Shown piece by piece: positions 53,499 to 59,568 of a DNA stretch of 59,568 nucleotides; the stretch's first letter is position 1; every line of letters begins with the position of its first letter. Source of the stretch: Candidatus Buchananbacteria bacterium RIFCSPHIGHO2_01_FULL_44_11 (lineage in GTDB: Bacteria > Patescibacteriota > Patescibacteriia > Buchananbacterales > UBA6539); NCBI GenBank assembly GCA_001817345.1, contig MHIE01000006.1:1-59568 (forward strand), in the 5' to 3' direction. The notes below the pieces were generated by a model. That model did not search any database. It was not told the origin of the DNA and was given only the letters and a program-made list of their open reading frames with translations. A program made the translations under genes and the position numbers.

Positions 53499-53771
53499 TT
53501 ATCTTGCCTGGGCCAAACATTCTTGGTATTGGTCGGGGTGATGTGACATATGATCGAGCCAATCGGTTTCAGTATAGTCTGGAGGCGTTTGACACTTATC
53601 CGGCAACTCGGCTGCTTTAAAAGCCGCGAAATTTTCCGGCGTGTTTTCAATTCTAGAGACTGGAATTTTACTCGTCGTCAGAAAGCTAGTTACTGACCAA
53701 GCAAAACCAATAATTGCCAATAAGATAAGAGCGGTGATCGATATTTTTTCGATTCCTAGATATCTTTCCAT
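53499..53771 (-). CDS. Membrane-anchored hypothetical protein
   Basis: MERYLGIEKISITALILLAIIGFAW..; C-terminal HMSHHPDQYQEC. Confidence 0.4.
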   Translation of the reverse strand: MERYLGIEKISITALILLAIIGFAWSVTSFLTTSKIPVSRIENTPENFAAFKAAELPDKCQTPPDYTETDWLDHMSHHPDQYQECLAQAR

Positions 53772-53790
53772 ATATTTTCTAGCCTTAATA

Positions 53791-54048
53791 TTAGCAGCCG
53801 CCAACCTGAGAGGGTAGACCACTAGCGGCTGGCCTAGTTGGTAGTGGCGTTGCCGTCTGAGTCGTTATGGCTGAGGCTTTTACCGATTGAACCGTCAGTA
53901 GTCCTTTAGTATAGCCTTGCAATTTAGACAATTGAAAGGACTGAAACAGACTGACGACAATCATAATGCCCACTATTCCAGATAGCACTAAATTTTTTGG
54001 CACTGATTTGACTGATTGATTGGTTTGAGCAATATGTTCGTTATCCAT
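53791..54048 (-). CDS. Membrane-anchored protein ending ..GLPSQVGGC
   Basis: Met34 of the track ORF; one TM segment. It shares a C-terminal motif with the next gene. Confidence 0.45.
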   Translation of the reverse strand: MDNEHIAQTNQSVKSVPKNLVLSGIVGIMIVVSLFQSFQLSKLQGYTKGLLTVQSVKASAITTQTATPLPTRPAASGLPSQVGGC

Positions 54049-54103
54049 ATATTTGATTATTAATTGATTGTTTAATTTTAAGATGAATGTTTTTTTAAGC
54101 TGA

Positions 54104-54748
54104 TTAACAGCCGCCAACTTGCTGCTGTAAACCTTGGGCTGAAGCATTGGCTGGGCTAATTAAGCCATTGGCCACGGCGAATTTTTGGGTCATTGGGCCG
54201 GGGAAAAATACCGCTTTCCACTTATTAGCTTCACCTAGAATTTGTTGGTCGGTCATGTTGGTATTTTCAAGCAGATAAGCGACCACGCCGCGCATGGCGG
54301 CCGAATGAGCGCAACCGCAGGCCTTACTGCCGTCCGGGAAAACCATAGTGGTGGCGCCGCAGCAAAATTCACAGGCAGTCGACTGGCCAATTTTGATGTA
54401 GCGTTCAAGCTTTTCGCCGGTCAGTTTGTTCGGCCTGGTGTCCTGCTCATATTGAGCCAGGACATTAATGGCGGCTACCGGGTCGTCAAAGCTGACTTTT
54501 AGTTCAGCACCGTAGACTGGCGGGATGCCAAACGGCAGAAAATTTTTAGCTAGGGCGACCAAGTCAATACCCGGCTGACTGTTTGAGTTGCCTGAGACGT
54601 TGCCGTTTCCAGCTACCGGTCCAGTTTCAATTCCCTCAGTCGTATTTTCAACTATTATTTGACGCAATATTCCCAGCTGCGATTGGTTGAAGATTAGTAC
54701 TAGTGCCAGCGTGCTCATCAAAACAATTGGTAATGTTGATTTTTGCAT
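54104..54748 (-). CDS. Secreted/anchored Cys-rich protein (PCYCGC-like motif) ending ..GLQQQVGGC
   Basis: STACEFCCGATTMVFPDGSKACGCAHSAAMRG; N-terminal signal anchor. Confidence 0.55.
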   Translation of the reverse strand: MQKSTLPIVLMSTLALVLIFNQSQLGILRQIIVENTTEGIETGPVAGNGNVSGNSNSQPGIDLVALAKNFLPFGIPPVYGAELKVSFDDPVAAINVLAQYEQDTRPNKLTGEKLERYIKIGQSTACEFCCGATTMVFPDGSKACGCAHSAAMRGVVAYLLENTNMTDQQILGEANKWKAVFFPGPMTQKFAVANGLISPANASAQGLQQQVGGC

Positions 54749-54775
54749 AAGATTAGTTAGTTAATTATTTTTTAA

Positions 54776-54955
54776 TTATTGTTTTGTTTCTGATTTCTCA
54801 CCTCCTTTAGCTTTTAGTTGGTTAATTACCTCGTCAGACGCATGACAGAACGGGCAACTATCAGCATTTTTTCCCTCACGTTCACTCTTTGAATCGTTTT
54901 TTGATTCTTTAAGTGCCGGAAGTGCCGGGGGTCTTTTTAGCTTGAATAATCCCAT
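54776..54955 (-). CDS. 59-aa protein with a CPFC motif
   Basis: MGLFKLKRPPALPALKE..ADSCPFCHASDEV... It is just under the ORF-track cutoff. Confidence 0.35.
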   Translation of the reverse strand: MGLFKLKRPPALPALKESKNDSKSEREGKNADSCPFCHASDEVINQLKAKGGEKSETKQ

Positions 54956-55013
54956 ATTTTGTCATTAATAATTAGTGAAGTGAACTAGAGTACAACAAAC
55001 ATGACATTGTAGA

Positions 55014-55160
55014 TTAGGATATATCCAAATCCATGCCAAAAAATTTTTTGAGAGGCCAACCGGCCGACAGTTGGGCGGAAGCAATAAACGCGCCAGAGCC
55101 AATCACCACAACCGTAACTATACCGGCCGATGCCCATGATTCTAGGTTTTTTTGAGACAT
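55014..55160 (-). CDS. 48-aa single-TM peptide
   Basis: MSQKNLESWASAGIVTVVVIGSGAFIASAQ..; GGGAGA RBS. Confidence 0.35.
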   Translation of the reverse strand: MSQKNLESWASAGIVTVVVIGSGAFIASAQLSAGWPLKKFFGMDLDIS

Positions 55161-55238
55161 AAAAATTCTCCCTTGTTAGTTAGTCTTTCCATCTATCTTG
55201 TATAACAAGATAGATGGAAAATTACTCAAGAAACTAAA

Positions 55239-55535
55239 CTAAACAAGAGAGAATTTCGGCGGGGGAGAGTCTGGAGTTAAAATGACATCGTAGGGTAGCT
55301 CTTTGACGAAAGAATCAATTTTTTTGTTAATGGCGGGATCGGCCAATGATAATTCATTGGTGATGATGTAGGAATGAAGCATGTGTTGGACCGGACCGCA
55401 TTCAGTACCAAAACAACCATCATGGACAATATTATGGGACTGAGGTAATAAAGTGATAAGTAAAACCGAGCCGAAAATAAAAAATACGGTTATGGTTAGA
55501 AGAAAAATGGAAGTTATTTTAACAAAATAATTCAT
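55239..55535 (-). CDS. Membrane-anchored hypothetical protein
   Basis: 98 aa with an N-terminal TM segment and HDGCFGTECGPVQHMLH. Confidence 0.45.
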   Translation of the reverse strand: MNYFVKITSIFLLTITVFFIFGSVLLITLLPQSHNIVHDGCFGTECGPVQHMLHSYIITNELSLADPAINKKIDSFVKELPYDVILTPDSPPPKFSLV

Positions 55536-55813
55536 CGTCTATTAAGTTTATAGATTCTCAGTAATTCCTCAACTGCTTTTTGAATCTCTTTACCCCTGAA
55601 TGAATTCGCTACATGGGTGTGGAGATGGTTTTCCAGCATCAAGGCATCAAAACTTTTTAAGGATTCTTGGACCGCGCTTGATTGGGCTAAGATGTCCAGG
55701 CAGTAGTCTTGATCTTCTACCGCTTTCTCTAGCCCTCTCAATTGCCCGGCCAGTATTTTTAGTCTGTGGATAAGTCGTTTTTTATATTCCGGTTGAATAT
55801 GACCATGATCCAT
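55532..55813 (-). CDS. csoR: CsoR/RcnR-family metal-sensing repressor
   Basis: RLKILAGQLRGLEKAVEDQDYCLDILAQSSAVQESL (DUF156 fold; conserved Cys/His positions). Confidence 0.8.
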   Translation of the reverse strand: MDHGHIQPEYKKRLIHRLKILAGQLRGLEKAVEDQDYCLDILAQSSAVQESLKSFDALMLENHLHTHVANSFRGKEIQKAVEELLRIYKLNRR

Positions 55814-55831
55814 AAAATTTTATATACCTAA

Positions 55832-55846
55832 TACCCCCACTGGGTA
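55832..55846. promoter_or_regulatory. Candidate CsoR operator
   Basis: TACCC-CCACT-GGGTA palindrome lies 19 nt upstream of the csoR start. Confidence 0.45.
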
Positions 55847-55908
55847 CTATCACTGTCATCATATATCCCCAAGTCAAAGCTGTCAATAGAAGATTGGGAG
55901 GGGGGGGG

Positions 55909-55959
55909 TTGACAACTTTCTAAGTTTTGCTATTATACACCTATACCTATGGTATAGGT
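55909..55959 (+). promoter_or_regulatory. Promoter (TTGACA-N16-TATTAT) with an overlapping 9-bp inverted repeat, ACCTATACC-TAT-GGTATAGGT
   Basis: Read directly from the sequence. It is preceded by a G9 tract (55900-55908). Confidence 0.5.
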
Positions 55960-56001
55960 ACCTAGCTAAATTATTAGTTTTTAAAATTAACTACTAAAAC
56001 C

Positions 56002-57333
56002 ATGTTAAAACTTATCCTTCCGATTCGAGGCATGCATTGTAAGTCCTGTGAATTACTGATTGAGGAACACCTTAAAAGCATTCCTAACATTAAAAAGGTT
56101 CATGTTAGGCATCAAACTGGTAGAGCTGAAGTTTATTATCAGGGTGACGAGCCGTCGCCAGAGTCCTTAAACCAGGCGGTGACCGCCGCGGGCTATGCCA
56201 TTGGTGATAAAGACAAATTGCCCTGGGTTTCCCGTAACGCGCAGGATTATCAATATTTGGTTATAGCTGCCCTGATTTTGTTTGGCCTGTATCTACTGGC
56301 CAGCCGTTTAGGACTTTTAAATTTAAGCATCAATGCCAATAACAATTTTGGCTTGTTAGTGGCCCTGGTAGTGGGCTTGGTGGCAGGTATTTCTACCTGT
56401 ATGGCCTTGATTGGCGGTTTGGTCTTGGGGATTGCCGCTCGGCATGCCGATTTACACCCGGAAGCCTCTGCCGCCGAAAAGTTCCGGCCTCATCTTTTTT
56501 TCAATTTGGGCCGAATTCTAGGTTTTGCCGTTCTCGGGGGCTTGATTGGTTTAGTTGGGTCAGCCTTACAACCCTCAAATAATTTTTTAGGCATCATGAC
56601 AATGTTTGTCGGTGCCGTAATGATCTTTTTAGGTTTGAAATTGATAGAAATTTTTCCCATCCTGAAAGATAAATCAATTACTTTGCCCAAGTCTATTTCT
56701 AAATTGCTGGGCATTCACCGAGACGATCGCGAGTATAGCCATAAGGGAGCGTTTTGGGCCGGGGCTTTAACCTTCTTTTTGCCTTGCGGCTTTACCCAGG
56801 CGATGCAGCTTTACGCGGTTAGCACCGGCAGTTTTTTAAGCGGGGCTTTAATCATGTCTTTATTCGCTTTAGGCACCGCTCCAGGACTTTTGGGTATTGC
56901 CGGCTTAACCTCGGTTTTAAATGGCAAGAAAGCCAAATTATTTTTTATGACGGCGGGCTTGGCGGTTATATTTTTAGGCTGGTTTAACGTTTCTAACGCC
57001 AGTAATATTATTCATTTTCATCTTCAAACGCCCGGTAATGCAGCGGGGAACGCCGTCACTAATAATCAGGCGCAGGAGGTGCGGATGAATCAGGATGCCA
57101 GTGGCTATAAACCAAATTATTTTACCGTTAAAAAAGGCCAGCTGGTTAGATGGATTATTAATTCCACCAACCCTTACACTTGTGCCAGCTCGTTAGTCGT
57201 GCCCAGCTATGGTATCAGCCGCTCTTTAACCAAAGGAGAGAATGTTATTGAATTTACGCCGACTCAAGCCGGCGAAATTCCTTTTTCTTGTTCCATGGGC
57301 ATGTATCGGGGCAAATTTGTGGTGGTGGATTAA
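56002..57333 (+). CDS. HMA domain - polytopic membrane (TauE/DsbD_2-like) - cupredoxin-like fusion protein
   Basis: GMHCKSCELLIE at the N-terminus, ~6 TM segments in the middle, and FSCSMGMYRGKFVV at the C-terminus. Confidence 0.65.
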   Translation: MLKLILPIRGMHCKSCELLIEEHLKSIPNIKKVHVRHQTGRAEVYYQGDEPSPESLNQAVTAAGYAIGDKDKLPWVSRNAQDYQYLVIAALILFGLYLLASRLGLLNLSINANNNFGLLVALVVGLVAGISTCMALIGGLVLGIAARHADLHPEASAAEKFRPHLFFNLGRILGFAVLGGLIGLVGSALQPSNNFLGIMTMFVGAVMIFLGLKLIEIFPILKDKSITLPKSISKLLGIHRDDREYSHKGAFWAGALTFFLPCGFTQAMQLYAVSTGSFLSGALIMSLFALGTAPGLLGIAGLTSVLNGKKAKLFFMTAGLAVIFLGWFNVSNASNIIHFHLQTPGNAAGNAVTNNQAQEVRMNQDASGYKPNYFTVKKGQLVRWIINSTNPYTCASSLVVPSYGISRSLTKGENVIEFTPTQAGEIPFSCSMGMYRGKFVVVD

Positions 57334-57364
57334 TCAAGAGTTAATTTATTAAATAATTAATTTT

Positions 57365-59568
57365 ATGGCTGAGGTAAATCAAAAAATTAATTTATCATTG
57401 TCGGGCATGCATTGCGCTTCCTGCGCCCGGCTGATTGAAATGTCTTTAAAAAAAGTGGCCGGCGTCAGCCAGTCAAATGTTAACTTTGCGGCCGAGAAAG
57501 CCATGGTGATTTTTGATCCCCGGGTGACTAATCCGCCGGCTTTGATTGAGGCGGTTAAAAAAGCCGGTTACAAAGCAGAAGAAATAGACAGTAAAGATAC
57601 TGAGTTTGAAGCCCGGAAACGGCAGAAAGAGATTAAAAGTTATTTCAACAAGTTTATCCTCAGCGCTATTTTCAGCCTGCCTATGGCTTACTTCATGTTT
57701 TTGGATTTTTTTTCTTGGTGGCCGGGCGGCAGTAGTCTTTTGCCCTTTGTCGGCATTGTTTCTCTATTTTTAGCGACGCCGGTTCAATTTGTCGTCGGGG
57801 CGGGATTTTACAAGGGCATGTGGTCAAGCTTAAAGATGAAAACCTTTAACATGGATAGCTTGATTGCCATTGGCACTTCGACCGCCTACTTTTACAGTCT
57901 GGTTAATTTTATTTTATATTCTATTCAAAACCAGTCTTGGCTGGGTTTAGCCGGCCAAAAAATTCCCGAACTATATTTTGAGACCGCCGCGTTTTTAATC
58001 ACCTTTGTCATTTTGGGCAAATGGCTTGAAGCTCGGACTAAAGGCAAGACCTCGGAATCAATTAAAAAACTTATGGGTCTGCAGCCCAAAACCGCCCGCC
58101 GAATTCAGGGCGATAAGACCGAAGATGTCGCTATTGAATCAATTGTCGCCGGGGACTGGATTTTAGTTCGGCCGGGAGAAAAGGTGCCGCTGGACGGCAA
58201 AGTCGTTAAGGGTTTAACCGCGGTTGATGAATCAATGGTGACCGGCGAAAGTTTGCCGGTGGAAAAAAAAGAAGGCGACAAGGTCGTCGGCGGGACAATC
58301 AACAAAACCGGCAGTTTTGAATTTATCGTCACTCATACCGGCAGTGAGACGGTTTTGGCTCAGATCATCCGTCTAGTCGAAGAGGCTCAAGGCTCAAAGG
58401 CGCCGATTCAGGCTTTTGCCGACCGGATTTCCGCCTGGTTTGTGCCTGCCGTGATTGGCTTGGCGGTTTTAACTTTCGTCATTTGGTATTTTGTTTTTGA
58501 CGCTTCTTTAGCTTTCGCTTTAATGTCTTTTACCGCCGTGATTGTCATTGCCTGTCCTTGTGCCTTAGGTTTAGCCACGCCCACGGCGATTATGGTCGGC
58601 ACGGGTCGCGGCGCCGAACACGGCATTTTAGTTAAGGGCGGCGAGCCGCTGGAGATGGCCTGCAAAATTGATACGGTGATTTTTGACAAAACCGGTACTA
58701 TCACCAAGGGTCAGCCGGCCGTGACCGACATTCTGAATTTTGGTCAATTTGATCAAGCGGCGGTTTTACAGTTTGCCGCTAGTCTGGAAAAAATGTCCGA
58801 GCATCCTTTAGCCGAAGCCATTTACACTTACGCTCAGGCTCAAAGTGTTAAGCTGGTTGAAGTAAAAGACTTTAAAGCCGTGCCCGGTCATGGCGTTCAG
58901 GGAGAAATTAACGGTTCGTTGTTTTATTTTGGCAATCGGAAAATGATGACTGACATTGCCAAAACTGCTATTGATTCGTCAGCTGGGGAGTTAAAGCGCT
59001 TTGAGGCTGAAGGTAAAACGGCGATGATTTTGAGCGTCAATCATTCTTTAGTCGGAGTGATTGCCGTGGCCGATCAAGTCAAAGCCACTTCTTTAGCCGC
59101 GATTAAACGGCTAAAAGATCTTGGTTTGAATATTTTTATGATTAGCGGTGACAACGCCTTAACCGCTCAGGCCATTGCCGATCAGGTCGGTATCAGTCAG
59201 GTTTTAGCCGAAGTCTTGCCGGAAGACAAAGCTGAAGAAGTCAAAAAATTGCAGGCTCAAGGCCGCAAAGTCGCCATGGTTGGCGACGGCATTAATGACG
59301 CGCCGGCCTTAGCTCAGGCTGACCTGGGTATTGTCATGGGTTCGGGCACTGACGTAGCCATGGAAACCGGCGGCATTGTGGTGATGAAAAATGATCTCAA
59401 TGATGTGGCCAGCGCGATTGAACTTTCTCAGCAGACATTAAGTAAAATCAAACAAAACATGTTTTTTGCCCTTTTTTATAATGTGGTCGGCATCCCCATT
59501 GCCGCCCGGGTTTTTTCTTTTCTGGGTTTGATTTTAAAACCGGAATTGGCGGGTTTAGCCATGGCCTT
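57365..59568 (+). CDS. copA: Copper-translocating P1B-type ATPase (3' end beyond the window)
   Basis: [12 protein letters not shown] (HMA), [32 protein letters not shown]. The frame is open to the window end. Confidence 0.9.
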   Translation, partial: MAEVNQKINLSLSGMHCASCARLIEMSLKKVAGVSQSNVNFAAEKAMVIFDPRVTNPPALIEAVKKAGYKAEEIDSKDTEFEARKRQKEIKSYFNKFILSAIFSLPMAYFMFLDFFSWWPGGSSLLPFVGIVSLFLATPVQFVVGAGFYKGMWSSLKMKTFNMDSLIAIGTSTAYFYSLVNFILYSIQNQSWLGLAGQKIPELYFETAAFLITFVILGKWLEARTKGKTSESIKKLMGLQPKTARRIQGDKTEDVAIESIVAGDWILVRPGEKVPLDGKVVKGLTAVDESMVTGESLPVEKKEGDKVVGGTINKTGSFEFIVTHTGSETVLAQIIRLVEEAQGSKAPIQAFADRISAWFVPAVIGLAVLTFVIWYFVFDASLAFALMSFTAVIVIACPCALGLATPTAIMVGTGRGAEHGILVKGGEPLEMACKIDTVIFDKTGTITKGQPAVTDILNFGQFDQAAVLQFAASLEKMSEHPLAEAIYTYAQAQSVKLVEVKDFKAVPGHGVQGEINGSLFYFGNRKMMTDIAKTAIDSSAGELKRFEAEGKTAMILSVNHSLVGVIAVADQVKATSLAAIKRLKDLGLNIFMISGDNALTAQAIADQVGISQVLAEVLPEDKAEEVKKLQAQGRKVAMVGDGINDAPALAQADLGIVMGSGTDVAMETGGIVVMKNDLNDVASAIELSQQTLSKIKQNMFFALFYNVVGIPIAARVFSFLGLILKPELAGLAMA

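Overview
The window comes from an AT-leaning, small-genome bacterium. Bacterial markers are rplS, rpsO-pnp, lspA, a DksA-like gene and a 23S-5S linkage. Extended ribosomal proteins, AT-rich 'spacer' repeats and patchy metabolism suggest CPR/Patescibacteria, but that is inference only.

Content in order:
- 3' end of 23S rRNA plus a 5S locus.
- An amino-sugar/nucleotide-sugar block: an RHH-nucleotidyltransferase fusion, two GT-like genes, a TrmB-like regulator, glmS, a GNA1-like GNAT, and a GlmU-N-like gene.
- tdh-kbl, two IMPase paralogs and an EndoQ-like gene.
- Housekeeping genes: rplS, gmk, an RluD-like gene, cca, valS, tyrS, rpsO-pnp, lspA and comM.
- Two NYN-domain genes and a Xer-like recombinase.
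- A long minus-strand metal/redox operon under a CsoR-like repressor, divergent from an HMA-membrane-cupredoxin gene and a partial copA.
- Eight intact tRNA genes, all on the minus strand, in four clusters.

The most unusual signal is that structured-RNA genes are nested inside copies of themselves: 5S inside 5S, tRNA-Val(UAC) inside tRNA-Val(UAC), and concentric tRNA-Ala shells. In addition, T-loop-interrupted copies of tRNA 3' ends lie next to intact tRNAs. All of these involve one family of GC-rich hairpins (CCCGCC..GGCGGG, TGCGCC..GGCGCA, GTCCCGA..TCGAGGA). The same hairpins also occur in intergenic DNA and in frame inside valS and an EndoQ-like gene.

Other notable points:
- Four short high-GC gene islands sit behind AT-rich native-looking promoters.
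- Two paralogous Cys/His micro-ORFs lie in the metal operon.
- Two neighbouring proteins end in QVGGC.
- A ~350-nt promoter-to-terminator non-coding unit lies upstream of the DksA-like gene.

All calls come from reading the sequence and the ORF track. No database search or folding program was run.
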